Positions 27,625 through 38,231 are shown, counted from the first letter of the stretch. The stretch: 46,554 bases of DNA from Treponema sp. UBA4328 (GCA_002394465.1 DGTU01000003.1:1-46554); one strand, 5' to 3'. Notes: generated by a model not told the origin, from the letters alone. Numbers and translations are program-made.

Positions 27625-28902
27625 ATGACACGAAACGATTCATCCAAAACAACAAAGGAACTCATTCTCGACGCCGCTTTTTCTTTTCTTGAAAAGCCAA
27701 GATTTACCCTTTTTTCAATGAGTGAACTGGCAGCAAAAGTAGGCATTTCAAAACCGGCAATTTACCGTCATTTTAAAGACAAGGATGCCGTTCTTGACGC
27801 GATGGAAAATCATGTCATTGATAATATTGCAGTCTACCTGGGAAACCTGAATTCAAAAGACGGCCTTATCGTAAAAAAACCTCTCGCAGACCTGATTGAT
27901 TATTTTGTTAAGACTCCGAATCACATCAACTATCTTATTGCCCAGATGTCTTCCTCGCCGAATTACGAAAAACACATGTTCGAAAAAATCAGTGAACATA
28001 ACATTTCTCTGTCCGGCGGCAATGGCAGCAAATCCTATCTCGAACAGTTTACCTCAGATACACGCAAATTCTCCGAGCATGTCTTCTGCGGAATGTCGAT
28101 TTTTTATTTTACCAAGCTGCAGGAACGCTTTGTAAAACTCGGAAAAATTCCTTCAATTCCTGAAAACTACGGTGACAAAATCGTTTCCATCATTCTCGAA
28201 GGTCTTGAAGGAACTACAGGGAAAGGGGATGTGTTTCATCCGCAGACAGTGACTGAAGAACGCTTTAATGCCCTTGCAAAACTCTGCATCATCGATGAAA
28301 AGACATTCCCTGAGGAAAACCGCCTGTTCAGGGCACTTGCAAACGTAATAGAAAAGTATAAAATGCCCGGCGTTACGGTCGAACGCATTGCAGCTGAACT
28401 TGGAATGGCAAAAAGTTCCCTCTATGAATATTTTGACAACAAAAACCAGATGATAAAGCAGCTTATTAACAGGGAGCTTTCGCTGCTTCAGACAATCATA
28501 AACGAAAACACATCAGAAGCAGCTAACCTTACTGAGTATGTCATTATACTCATGCTCTCTGAACTTGAATATTTTAAGAACCGCCCTTCAATCATTCCGA
28601 TCTGCGGGTGGCTCCTGATGGGAAACGACGGTTCATTTGAGACAGAAAAGCCTGAAAACTGTGACGAGTTTGAAACTTCCTGGATTAAAAAACTTCCGGC
28701 ACAGGTCTATTCACCGGATCTCGGGTTTGCATATCCGTCTCAGATAATCACGACCTGGGCAGCCATACTTCCGGTTGCATTCCTTGTCGAATCCAAGGGC
28801 AAAAACTTTTCAGATGAGAAATTCTTTGACGGTTTCAGGCAGATGATCAGTTTCGTTCTGCATGGAATAAATAATGTAAAAGATGGAGGAACACATATAT
28901 GA
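27625..28902 (+). CDS. Tandem (double) TetR-family regulator
   Basis: HTH1 FSMSELAAKVGISKPAIYRHFKDKD; HTH2 VTVERIAAELGMAKSSLYEYFDNKN; about twice normal TetR length; ATG 27625 preferred because 27607 lies inside the operator. Confidence 0.88.
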   Translation: MTRNDSSKTTKELILDAAFSFLEKPRFTLFSMSELAAKVGISKPAIYRHFKDKDAVLDAMENHVIDNIAVYLGNLNSKDGLIVKKPLADLIDYFVKTPNHINYLIAQMSSSPNYEKHMFEKISEHNISLSGGNGSKSYLEQFTSDTRKFSEHVFCGMSIFYFTKLQERFVKLGKIPSIPENYGDKIVSIILEGLEGTTGKGDVFHPQTVTEERFNALAKLCIIDEKTFPEENRLFRALANVIEKYKMPGVTVERIAAELGMAKSSLYEYFDNKNQMIKQLINRELSLLQTIINENTSEAANLTEYVIILMLSELEYFKNRPSIIPICGWLLMGNDGSFETEKPENCDEFETSWIKKLPAQVYSPDLGFAYPSQIITTWAAILPVAFLVESKGKNFSDEKFFDGFRQMISFVLHGINNVKDGGTHI

Positions 28903-30314
28903 AAAAAACAATCAGAACTGCCGCGGGATTAATCCTGCTCAGTTTTGCAGCAGCTTCAGGATTTGCACAGACAGAAAATCCGGCATCTCCGGCTGAGGCA
29001 AAAACCGAAACGGTAAAGCTTACCCTTGATGATGCAGTAAACTATGCACTCAAAAACAGCCGCGCCCTCAAAAGCAGCGACATCGACCTTGAAATAAAGG
29101 AACGTGCCTCAAAATACTCATGGAACGTATTCCTGCCTTCAGTACAGGCAACAGGAACGATGAGCCGCAAGAACGAGTATTCTCCAAGTACGGCTGCAAT
29201 TATTCAAAGCGCAGTTTCAGGTGGTACTATTGCAGTCCCGACAGACTTTGAAGATGAAGAATCACGCTGGTCTGTAGTCGGCGGAGTTTCGGTAGGACTT
29301 AACCTTTCCCTCGCATACATTCAGCAGATCCGCGCTTCGAAGGCAAGCTATGAAGCAGGCCTTATTACCTGGGAACAGAACAGCAACGAAACAATCGTAA
29401 ACATCAAAAAGCTTTTCTACGGAATCCTCGTTCAGCAGGAAAACTTAAAGATTCAGAAAACTTCCCTTGAAAACGCACGCCAGCGCTACTTCCAGGCTGA
29501 TACAAACTTCAAGAACGGACTTGTTCCAAAGATTCAGATGCTCCAGGCACAGGTAAGCTACGAAAATACCAAGCCGACTGTTGAAGATGCAGAACGTTCC
29601 TTCAGCCAGCAGCTGGATACCTTTGCATTCCTTCTCGGCATGCCGGTCGGAACAGACATTGAACTTGAAGGTTCCATTGAACCGTCATATATCAAGGCAG
29701 ATGCAGGTGAACTCCTGGCTAAGTACGGCCCGGAAAGCCTCGACATCAAGTCAATGCAGAAGAACATCGACATGATGAAACTCCAGCTTTCTGCCCTCAA
29801 TCTCGCAAGCTACACTCCTGCACTTGCCCTCAACTATGCATGGCAGCCGGTTTACACAGACAAGGCTTTCGGTTTCATGGGTGACATCGGAAGCGACGAC
29901 AAATGGTTTGATAACGGAACGTTCAGCCTTACGCTCGCATGGAACCTTACAAACATGCTTCCTTTCAGTGCAAACAGACAGCAGGCAGCAGACCTGAAGG
30001 CAAACATCGCAAAGCTTGAAATTACGATGGAAACCCTTAAGGAAAACCAGAAAATGCAGGTTAAAAAGGCAGTCGACACGCTCAATGCAGCAAAAGAACA
30101 GATTGATTCAATGGGCCGCACCGTAATTGTAGCTCAGGAAGCATACGACATGTCTGCACGCTCATACCGCAACGGAACCACGGAACTTCTTGACCTGCGT
30201 GATGCAGAAAGTTCACTTAATCAGGCTAAACTCGGACTCCTCAGCAAGAAAATGGCTTACATTTCTGCCCTGATGGATCTGGAAACAATATTAAACACGA
30301 AACTGACAAACTAG
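28899..30314 (+). CDS. TolC-family outer-membrane efflux protein
   Basis: Signal peptide; LTLDDAVNYALKNS; YRNGTTELLDLRDAE; operon context. Confidence 0.88.
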   Translation: MKKTIRTAAGLILLSFAAASGFAQTENPASPAEAKTETVKLTLDDAVNYALKNSRALKSSDIDLEIKERASKYSWNVFLPSVQATGTMSRKNEYSPSTAAIIQSAVSGGTIAVPTDFEDEESRWSVVGGVSVGLNLSLAYIQQIRASKASYEAGLITWEQNSNETIVNIKKLFYGILVQQENLKIQKTSLENARQRYFQADTNFKNGLVPKIQMLQAQVSYENTKPTVEDAERSFSQQLDTFAFLLGMPVGTDIELEGSIEPSYIKADAGELLAKYGPESLDIKSMQKNIDMMKLQLSALNLASYTPALALNYAWQPVYTDKAFGFMGDIGSDDKWFDNGTFSLTLAWNLTNMLPFSANRQQAADLKANIAKLEITMETLKENQKMQVKKAVDTLNAAKEQIDSMGRTVIVAQEAYDMSARSYRNGTTELLDLRDAESSLNQAKLGLLSKKMAYISALMDLETILNTKLTN

Positions 30315-30333
30315 ACAGGAGGAAAGATAAAAA

Positions 30334-31260
30334 ATGAAAAAAACAGCAAAATCAGCACTTACAATCGCTTCGGTAATGACGCTTCTGATGCTTTCAGGCT
30401 GCGGCAAACCGGCAGCAAAAGATGCAGAGGCAGAATCTGATCCGCTCTATGCAGTAACAACTTACAAGACTGTTGCAGGAAACTTTGATGACTACCTCGA
30501 ATTCGGCGGCGACGTTGCTTCAGTAAATGAAGTTATGGTTCTCCCGGATCAGGCTGGAAAAGTTACGAACATTCTCGTAAAAGTCGGCGACCTCGTCAAA
30601 AAGGACCAGACAATCGCTTACATCAACCCGCAGAGAGTCGGTGTTGTATACAATGATAACCCTGTAAAGGCACCTATCGCAGGAAGAATTACTTCCCTCC
30701 CTGTCACAATCGGTTCAACTGTTTCACAGGCTTCTTCAGTTGCAAAGGTTGCCCGCACTGATGAGCTTGAAATCAGGATTTCAATTGCAGAACGTTTCGT
30801 AAGCCGCATCCACGAAAAGCAGTCGGCTACAATCACCCTCGATTCATATCCTGGAGTTGAGTTTAAGGCTGTGGTTTCAGAAATCAGTCCTGTAATCGAT
30901 GTTTCTACAAGAACAATGGCAGCAAAACTCAAGCTCGATCCTCCTGATCCAAGGGTAAAAGTCGGCATGTACGCAAGGGTCAAACTCGTTACAAAAACAG
31001 CAAAAAACGCAATCGTAGTAAACAATTCAACAATCGTTCACCGCGACGGAAAACCATACCTCTTTGTTGTCGACAAGCATGCTACTGAAACTGAACCGGC
31101 AACCGTAAGGCTTCAGCCTGTAACGGAAGGAATTTCAGTTGATGCAAAAACAGAAATCACTGAAGGCCTTAACGTCGGCGATGAAATCGTAGTAAAGGGA
31201 CAGACCTTGCTTAATGACGGAACAAAAATAAATATAATCAGCACGGTTGATTCACTGTAA
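30334..31260 (+). CDS. RND periplasmic adaptor (membrane fusion) lipoprotein
   Basis: LSG-C lipobox; GKVTNILVKVGDLVKKDQ, VKAPIAG, ISPVID..TRT, GMYARV, GL..GDEIVVKG. Confidence 0.9.
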   Translation: MKKTAKSALTIASVMTLLMLSGCGKPAAKDAEAESDPLYAVTTYKTVAGNFDDYLEFGGDVASVNEVMVLPDQAGKVTNILVKVGDLVKKDQTIAYINPQRVGVVYNDNPVKAPIAGRITSLPVTIGSTVSQASSVAKVARTDELEIRISIAERFVSRIHEKQSATITLDSYPGVEFKAVVSEISPVIDVSTRTMAAKLKLDPPDPRVKVGMYARVKLVTKTAKNAIVVNNSTIVHRDGKPYLFVVDKHATETEPATVRLQPVTEGISVDAKTEITEGLNVGDEIVVKGQTLLNDGTKINIISTVDSL

Positions 31261-31273
31261 TCAGGGGTAACAA

Positions 31274-34200
31274 ATGACAATTTCAGAGAGATGCGTAAAT
31301 AAACCTACAACCACTCTTCTCGTATTCCTCACGGCCATCATCCTCGGTATTTTCTGTACGTTCAATCTGCCGGTAGACATGTATCCTGACATGGATCTGC
31401 CGTACATGATCGTATACACGACATACAAGGGTGCCGGTCCTGAAGAAGTCGAACAGAGCCTTACACGAACAATGGAAAGTTCACTTTCCGGACTTTCTGG
31501 TCTCAAGAAGATGCAGTCACGCTCTATGTCCGGCATGAGCCTTATCATTCTGGAGATGAACTACGGAACGAACATGGATTCTTCCGTAAATGAAATCCGT
31601 GACAAAATTGATATCGTACGAAGTTATCTTCCGACAGATGCAAGTTCACCTATTACAATCAAGATGGATCCATCGATGATGCCTATCATGATGCTTTCCA
31701 TCCGCGGAAACAGAACTCCTGAGGAACTCCGCAAATATGCCGAAGACGTAATCCAGCCGCGCCTCGAACAGCTCGACGGTGTTGCTTCTGCTACAGTATC
31801 GGGCGGACGCGAACGTTCAATCAACGTAGACATTCCGCGCGACCGTCTCGAAGCATACGGACTTTCAATTTCAAGCGTCGCACAGATGATCGGAGCCCAG
31901 AACGTACAGAGTTCAGGCGGTACCATTGCCGACGGTGATACAAACTATACAATCAAGACGTCAGGAAAATACGAAAGCCTCAGCGATCTCCGCAATACAG
32001 TAATTTCCTATAAGGCCAGCAGCGACTATCAGCTCAAGACAATCAGGCTTGGAGACATTGCAGACGTTTATGACGGATACAAGACAGAAAGCACCCTTGC
32101 CTTCCTCGACGGAGCTCCCTGTGTAATTCTCATGATTCAGAAACAGTCAGGCAAAAACTCCGTTACTGCAGCAAAAAACATCCGCAAGGCAATTCCTTCA
32201 ATCAGGGAAAACCTCCCGAATGACGTTGAAGTTCTCGAAACAATGAACACGACCGACATCATCGAACAGACGATTTCAGAAGTCGTAAGTTCAGTTGTTA
32301 TGGGTGCCCTTCTTGCAATTGCCGTTCTTCTCGTATTCCCCCGTTCTATCAAGAGTACGATTATCGTCGGACTTGCAATTCCAATTTCAGTATTCATCAC
32401 GCTCATGCTCATGTATTTCCGCGGACTTACAATCAACATGATTTCGATGGCAGGACTTCTTCTTGGTATCGGTATGCTTGTAGATAACTCAATCGTAGTC
32501 CTCGAAAACATTTATTCCTATGTCCAGCGCGATGCAAAGCCGAAGGTTGCTTCAATCCTCGGTTCTCACGAAATGGTTTCTTCAATCACAGGTTCTACGC
32601 TGACTTCAGTATGTATCTTCCTTCCTATGCTTCTGTTCAAAAAACAGCTCGGCGTAATGGGACAGATGTTCAATGATCTTGCATACACAATCATTTTCTC
32701 ACTTCTCTGCTCACTTCTGGTTGCAATGTGTCTTGTACCTGTACTCACTTCAAAATACCTCCAGCTCAAAAAAGTCGTTTCAAACTCACACGGAACCGGC
32801 TTCAGGTATTCGCTGAACAGGGCTTACAACCATTTCTTCGAAAAACTCGATACAAAATATGCAAAGGGCGTAAGTTTCGTACTTCACCACCGCAAGCTCT
32901 TCCTTCTCATTCTTGTTATCACATTCTTTGTTTCAATTTTCGCAGTCAAGATTGTAGGTTTCGTCTTCATGCCGGAATCTGCTTCAAACACAATTAAAAT
33001 TGAAATGACGCTTCCTCAGGGAACAAAACTCGACGTTACCCAGGATACGCTTACCCAGCTTCAGGAAATGTCAATCCGCGACCTCAAGGGTGTCAAATAC
33101 TATTCAATGACAGTCGGCGGAACAAGCATGTTTGCAGCAAGTTCGGCAACAAATACCGGCTCAATTACCTATACCCTCTATCCGCCGAGCGAACGTGAAC
33201 CGGGCTTTGATAACGAAAAATCTGCAAAGGAAAAGCTCCGCAGATACTTCAACATGTTCCCGGGAGCAAGCATTGCGTTCGGACAGAACATGAACAGTGC
33301 AAGTTCAGGAGCTGACGTTTCTGTTGACATCAAGAGTGATGACCTTAACCTCGTACGTACAACTGCAAAACAGGTAGAAACCCTTCTCAAGGAACAGGCC
33401 GGCGAATTTGTTACGGAAGTTGATTCAGACCAGGAAGAAGGTCTTCCGGAAGCAGTAATCACCGTAAACCGCTCAAAAATGTATGAATTCGGCCTCAACA
33501 TTTACTCAGTCGGCGCAGAAATCCAGGGAGCAATCAACGGAACGACTGCCAGCCGCTTTACTCAGAACGGCGATGACATTGACGTAATCGTACGCCTCGC
33601 AGAAAAAGACAAGACAAAGCTTGCTGACCTTGATTCAATCTCAGTAATCAGCCCGAGCACGAATGCAAGGATTCCTCTTTCAAGCTTCGCAGAATACAAG
33701 GAATCAACTGCTCCTGTAACAATCTACCGCGAAAACCAGTCGCGCGTAATTCACGTTACGGCAAAAAAAGTTGACGGCAAGTCCCTCGACGTAATCAATG
33801 CCGGCGTCAAGAAACTCATTGACGACAACATCCCGAGCGACGAATCCGTATCGATTCAGCTCAGCGGTGGCTTTGAGGACATGAAGGAAGCTGCCCTTAA
33901 CTTCGGTCTCATCATCCTCATGGCAGCACTTCTCGTATTTGTAGTCATGGCTTCGCAGTTTGAATCGCTTCTCGATCCGTTCATCGTCATCCTTACGATT
34001 CCGCTGTCATTCATCGGTGTAATGATCATCTACCTCATCACATGGCACCAGCTCAACGTCATTACAATCATGGGTATGCTCGTTCTTGTCGGAACCATCG
34101 TAAACAACGGTATCGTTCTCGTAGACTACACGAACCTTCTGCGCAAACGCGGACTTGAACTTGAAGAAGCCTGTATCGAAGCAGCAAGAAACCGTCTGCG

Positions 34201-34630
34201 TCCGATCCTCATGTCGACACTTACGACAATCATTTCGCTTGCACCTATGGCATTCTTCCCGGGCGAAGGTTCGCAGTCAATGCAGCCTATTTCGCTCACA
34301 GTATTCGGCGGTATGACTTTCGGTTCGATCATGACACTGTTCATCATGCCTACGATTTACTTTATCTTCAACAACAGGCGCCTTAAAAAAGCAGCTAAGA
34401 AAAAGGCAAAGCGTGAGGCAAAAGAAGCAAGAAAGCTCGCACGCGAAAAGCAGGCTGAAGCTGAATACCTTGAACTTCTTGAAGCAAGAAAAGCTTCTTC
34501 TGATAAAACAAAAACTGAAGAAACTGCCGGGAAAAGCAGAAAAACTTCTTCAAAAAAGACAGATTCAGATGCAGCTGAAAAACCTGCACGACGCCGCACA
34601 CGAAAAACTGAAACTGACAAAGGAGAGTGA
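31274..34630 (+). CDS. RND efflux permease (AcrB/SwrC-like) with charged C-terminal extension
   Basis: LPVDMYPDMD.P, GAGPEEVE, GMLVDNSIVVLENI, MASQFES, GTIVNNGIVLVD, RLRPILMSTLTT. Confidence 0.95.
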   Translation: MTISERCVNKPTTTLLVFLTAIILGIFCTFNLPVDMYPDMDLPYMIVYTTYKGAGPEEVEQSLTRTMESSLSGLSGLKKMQSRSMSGMSLIILEMNYGTNMDSSVNEIRDKIDIVRSYLPTDASSPITIKMDPSMMPIMMLSIRGNRTPEELRKYAEDVIQPRLEQLDGVASATVSGGRERSINVDIPRDRLEAYGLSISSVAQMIGAQNVQSSGGTIADGDTNYTIKTSGKYESLSDLRNTVISYKASSDYQLKTIRLGDIADVYDGYKTESTLAFLDGAPCVILMIQKQSGKNSVTAAKNIRKAIPSIRENLPNDVEVLETMNTTDIIEQTISEVVSSVVMGALLAIAVLLVFPRSIKSTIIVGLAIPISVFITLMLMYFRGLTINMISMAGLLLGIGMLVDNSIVVLENIYSYVQRDAKPKVASILGSHEMVSSITGSTLTSVCIFLPMLLFKKQLGVMGQMFNDLAYTIIFSLLCSLLVAMCLVPVLTSKYLQLKKVVSNSHGTGFRYSLNRAYNHFFEKLDTKYAKGVSFVLHHRKLFLLILVITFFVSIFAVKIVGFVFMPESASNTIKIEMTLPQGTKLDVTQDTLTQLQEMSIRDLKGVKYYSMTVGGTSMFAASSATNTGSITYTLYPPSEREPGFDNEKSAKEKLRRYFNMFPGASIAFGQNMNSASSGADVSVDIKSDDLNLVRTTAKQVETLLKEQAGEFVTEVDSDQEEGLPEAVITVNRSKMYEFGLNIYSVGAEIQGAINGTTASRFTQNGDDIDVIVRLAEKDKTKLADLDSISVISPSTNARIPLSSFAEYKESTAPVTIYRENQSRVIHVTAKKVDGKSLDVINAGVKKLIDDNIPSDESVSIQLSGGFEDMKEAALNFGLIILMAALLVFVVMASQFESLLDPFIVILTIPLSFIGVMIIYLITWHQLNVITIMGMLVLVGTIVNNGIVLVDYTNLLRKRGLELEEACIEAARNRLRPILMSTLTTIISLAPMAFFPGEGSQSMQPISLTVFGGMTFGSIMTLFIMPTIYFIFNNRRLKKAAKKKAKREAKEARKLAREKQAEAEYLELLEARKASSDKTKTEETAGKSRKTSSKKTDSDAAEKPARRRTRKTETDKGE

Positions 34631-34635
34631 GAAAA

Positions 34636-34962
34636 ATGGGATATCTTGAAAACATCAAAAAACACGCCGGCAAACAGACCCGCGTTGAAATCATTTTTTC
34701 TCAGGCTCTTGAGGAAGATTTCATCCAGCTGTTCTCTGAACGCAAAATTGCCTGCCGCTACACAAAGCTCAGGGATGTAATGGGAGCCGGGTATTCAAAT
34801 CCGCACCTCGGTGATGCAATCTGGCCCCAGCTCAACATGATGTACATCATCTACTGCCCTGAAGACGAATCAAAAAAAATAATTCAGGTCGTAGAGGAAC
34901 TGCGTGAAAAATACATGGGAGAAGGAATTTCCTGCTTCATAAGCGAAGCAACAGAAGTTTAA
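34636..34962 (+). CDS. P-II-like (PG0541-type) transporter-associated protein
   Basis: YTKLRDVMGAG...PHLGDAIWPQLN motif; directly downstream of the RND permease; AGGAG upstream. Confidence 0.7.
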   Translation: MGYLENIKKHAGKQTRVEIIFSQALEEDFIQLFSERKIACRYTKLRDVMGAGYSNPHLGDAIWPQLNMMYIIYCPEDESKKIIQVVEELREKYMGEGISCFISEATEV

Positions 34963-34983
34963 CTTCTTCCCGGCAATGACACT

Positions 34984-35019
34984 GGCCGCCTGCATTCAAA
35001 ACGGGCGGTCTTTTTTTTT
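34984..35019 (+). terminator. Intrinsic terminator of the efflux operon
   Basis: GGCCGCCTG-loop-CGGGCGGTC followed by T9. Confidence 0.8.
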
Positions 35020-35076
35020 GTCCTCCGATTCGGTATAATACGGAAATAATCAGATAATCCTAAGGAAGCATTTGAA

Positions 35077-36312
35077 ATGGAAACTAAACGAGTTGTCGTT
35101 ACTGGCGGTTCAATCGTCAGCGCAATGGGAAACGACTGGCCGACAGTCCTCAAAAACCTTAAAGCTAAAAAGAATTTCGTAAAATACATGCACGAATGGG
35201 ACGAAAAATATCCCCTCATGAACACACGCCTGTGCTGCCCGGTTGATTTTGAAATCGACAGGGAAAAGTATTCCCGCAAGGCAATCCGCGGAATGGGACG
35301 CGTTGCCCAGATGGCACTTACCGCAACAGATGCAGCCCTTGAAGATGCAGGCCTGCTCGGTTCAGAAGAACTTTCTCAGGGAAGGACAGGTATCGCCTAC
35401 GGTTCATCAATCGGAAGCGTCGACCCCCTCATGGAAATGTACTCAATGCTCGTTACAAACGATACAAGCAAAGTAGGTTCAACCACATACATCAAGGCGA
35501 TGCCTCAGACCTGTGCCTGTAACCTCGAAGTTTACTATCACCTCACCGGACGCATCATCACAACAAACACAGCCTGTACTTCAGGAAGCCAGTCCATCGG
35601 TTACGCATACGAAGCAATCAAATACGGCAAGCAGGATATAATGATTGCAGGCGGCGCAGAAGAATTCTGTACAATGGACACTGCAACATTTGATACGCTC
35701 TTTTCAACTTCAACCAAAAACAGCACACCGGAACTTACTCCAAGTGCATACGATAAAAACCGCGACGGACTTGTTCTCGGAGAAGGAGCAGGTACACTGA
35801 TTCTTGAAGAATATGAACACGCAAAAAAACGCGGCGCAAAAATCTACGCTGAACTTGTCGGATTCGGAACAACAACAGACGGAACCCACATTACATCCCC
35901 GAACCGCCCGACAATCGCCCACGCACTTGAACTTGCACTTGAAGACGCAGAGTTAAAGCCGGAGCAGATCGGCTACATCAATACACACGGAACGGGAACA
36001 ACTGCAGGCGACGTAACGGAAACGAACGCCACATACGATGTATTTAAGCGCGCAGTTCCGGTTTCAACCGTAAAGAACTACATAGGTCACACTCTCGGAG
36101 CATGCGGAGCAATCGAAAGCTGGCTTACAATCAACATGATGAATGAAGGCTGGTTTCTCCCGAACCTCAACCTCAAGGAACTTGATCCTGAATGTGCCCC
36201 GCTCGATTACATCACCGGAGACGGCCGCAATATCGAAACGGAATATGTAATGAACAATAATTTTGCTTTCGGCGGAATCAACACAAGCCTGATTTTCAAA
36301 AAAGTAAAATAA
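35077..36312 (+). CDS. fabF: Beta-ketoacyl-ACP synthase (FabF/FabB-like)
   Basis: TACTSG catalytic Cys, RDGLVLGEGAG, INTHGTGT, GHTLGACGA, NNFAFGGIN. Confidence 0.85.
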   Translation: METKRVVVTGGSIVSAMGNDWPTVLKNLKAKKNFVKYMHEWDEKYPLMNTRLCCPVDFEIDREKYSRKAIRGMGRVAQMALTATDAALEDAGLLGSEELSQGRTGIAYGSSIGSVDPLMEMYSMLVTNDTSKVGSTTYIKAMPQTCACNLEVYYHLTGRIITTNTACTSGSQSIGYAYEAIKYGKQDIMIAGGAEEFCTMDTATFDTLFSTSTKNSTPELTPSAYDKNRDGLVLGEGAGTLILEEYEHAKKRGAKIYAELVGFGTTTDGTHITSPNRPTIAHALELALEDAELKPEQIGYINTHGTGTTAGDVTETNATYDVFKRAVPVSTVKNYIGHTLGACGAIESWLTINMMNEGWFLPNLNLKELDPECAPLDYITGDGRNIETEYVMNNNFAFGGINTSLIFKKVK

Positions 36313-36314
36313 GA

Positions 36315-37271
36315 TTACAGGGCACCCGTTTTTTTAAGCCACGGCAGGAGTTTTTCTTCGTTCCAAGGATGTTTTTTGAGGAATTTTCCCTCTTTCATCC
36401 CGAAGCCGTGGCCGCCCTCTTCATAAACTGCAAATTCATGCGGAATATTTTTATCTGACAGAGCCTTATCAAGCCTCACTGAATTTTCAAAGCAAACGAC
36501 ATCATCATCCCTGCATGCCATCAGGAAGACCGGCGGCATGTCATCCGGAACGTTAAATTCAATGCTGTACAGATTCTTCTGTTCCTGTGTTATTCCATCC
36601 GGAAAAAGACTCTTTCTGCTCCAGGCGTGCCCGATATCATCCTGCATCGAAACCACCGGATAGACTGCAATTACATAATCAGGCCTGAGAAGCTTGTTTT
36701 TGTTCTCAGCCGCAGTCAGTACAAGATGGCCGCCTGCTGAATATCCTGCAGCAGTGATTTTCTTTCCTCTAAGTGAAAAATCTACCGCATTCTCCCTTAC
36801 ATACTTTACCGCAAGCTCAATATCCTCAAACTGCGAAGGAAAATGATATCCGTAAAAAGCCGAACGGTATCTGAGAACAAAGGCATCGAATCCAAGCTTA
36901 TTAAACCAGCGCGCACTGAAAAAGCCTTCATTAGTCATTCCAAGATGATGATAGCTTCCGCCGGGACAGATAATTACAGCACCCTTTTTTTCAGAATCAG
37001 AAGCGGGACAGTAATACAGGCAGGAACCTTTTGTAAGAATGATTTTCCGTTCATAAAATTTCTTCCATCGCTGAAAGATCACGGCCTTAACCGCAAAAAA
37101 TCCTGCAAACGGAAGGTAACAGAAAAAGCCTGTTGCGCCTAGAAAAAGGTGATTTATAAAAACCGCAGTTTTCCAGTGAATAAGATTTTTTAACGAAAGG
37201 ACAAAGAGGGCTCCCATCAGGACAAAGGTAACGGAGACAGTCAGGATAAAGACGCGCTTGAATAATTTCAT
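36315..37271 (-). CDS. Alpha/beta-hydrolase (carbohydrate esterase-like) with N-terminal membrane segments
   Basis: ICPGGSY, GYSAGGHL, DDDVV, GGHGFG triad motifs. Confidence 0.85.
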   Translation of the reverse strand: MKLFKRVFILTVSVTFVLMGALFVLSLKNLIHWKTAVFINHLFLGATGFFCYLPFAGFFAVKAVIFQRWKKFYERKIILTKGSCLYYCPASDSEKKGAVIICPGGSYHHLGMTNEGFFSARWFNKLGFDAFVLRYRSAFYGYHFPSQFEDIELAVKYVRENAVDFSLRGKKITAAGYSAGGHLVLTAAENKNKLLRPDYVIAVYPVVSMQDDIGHAWSRKSLFPDGITQEQKNLYSIEFNVPDDMPPVFLMACRDDDVVCFENSVRLDKALSDKNIPHEFAVYEEGGHGFGMKEGKFLKKHPWNEEKLLPWLKKTGAL

Positions 37272-38218
37272 TCTGAGATAATTCCCGTTTTCTTAAGCCA
37301 CGGAAGAAGGTCATTGTCGTTCCAGTGAGTTTTTTTCATGATTGAACTGTTTTCCTTCATTCCGAAACCGTGACCGCCTTCATCATAGGTTACGAACAGA
37401 TGCTCAATGTTTTTATCACTGAGTGCCTTGTCGAGCCTTACAGAATTCTCATAAATTACGACAGGATCATCACGGCAGGCAATAATGAAGACAGGGGGCA
37501 TATCATCAGGAACATTAAGTTCCATTGAAAACTCATCCTTGAGCTTCTGTGAATAGACATGACCCCAGATATTAAACAGTGAAAATCCCTTATCTGCATT
37601 CGGGGCAGAATACTGATGTCCGAGAAGACTTTTGCGGCTCCACTTGTGACCGATATCATCCTGCATTGAAACAACCGGATAAACCGGAATCACAAAATCA
37701 GGCCTCAGGCTTTCAGAAGTTTCAATGCCGAGCTTTTTAAGTTCATTCCGCGAAGCAAATTCTCCAGCCATAGTAACAAGATGACCGCCTGCACTGAATC
37801 CGATGGCTCCAAGTTTATTTTTGTCGGCTGCAAACTCCTGAGCGTGCTCCCGTATGTATGCAATTGCCATCTGAATGTCTTCAAGCTGCGCAGGATAATG
37901 GTGACAGTTATAGGCAACCCTGTAGCGCAGAACAAAGGCATTCATCCCGATGGAATTAAACCAGCGCGCAGTTGCAAAACCCTCATGCGGCATTCCAAGA
38001 TGATGATAACTTCCGCCCGGACAGATAATAACGGAAGGAAGCATTTTCTTCTGCTCAGAGGACTGGGGGGCAGGACAATAATACAGGACAGTGTCACGAA
38101 TCTGAGTTTCCATCCCCTTAAAGTTCCGCCACAGATATATTTTTCTGGAATAATCATTTGAAAAAAGCAGTACCGGATAAACAAGCAGTACAAGCAGAAG
38201 AAAGATTTTTTTTGCCAT
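37268..38218 (-). CDS. Secreted alpha/beta-hydrolase (carbohydrate esterase-like), paralog of the downstream gene
   Basis: ICPGGSY, GFSAGGHL, DDPVV, GGHGFG; signal-peptide-like N-terminus. Confidence 0.85.
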   Translation of the reverse strand: MAKKIFLLLVLLVYPVLLFSNDYSRKIYLWRNFKGMETQIRDTVLYYCPAPQSSEQKKMLPSVIICPGGSYHHLGMPHEGFATARWFNSIGMNAFVLRYRVAYNCHHYPAQLEDIQMAIAYIREHAQEFAADKNKLGAIGFSAGGHLVTMAGEFASRNELKKLGIETSESLRPDFVIPVYPVVSMQDDIGHKWSRKSLLGHQYSAPNADKGFSLFNIWGHVYSQKLKDEFSMELNVPDDMPPVFIIACRDDPVVIYENSVRLDKALSDKNIEHLFVTYDEGGHGFGMKENSSIMKKTHWNDNDLLPWLKKTGIISE

Positions 38219-38231
38219 AACGCATTATAAC

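Noticed and set aside
32338-32340. Pro in LLVFPRS of the RND permease, where Leu is usual (FLR)
   Set aside because: A single substitution that may be a variant or sequencing error; the ORF is intact, so it is not evidence of a pseudogene
35077-36312. Polyketide or aryl-polyene biosynthetic cluster
   Set aside because: Single ketosynthase with no ACP, chain-length factor, reductase or dehydratase nearby
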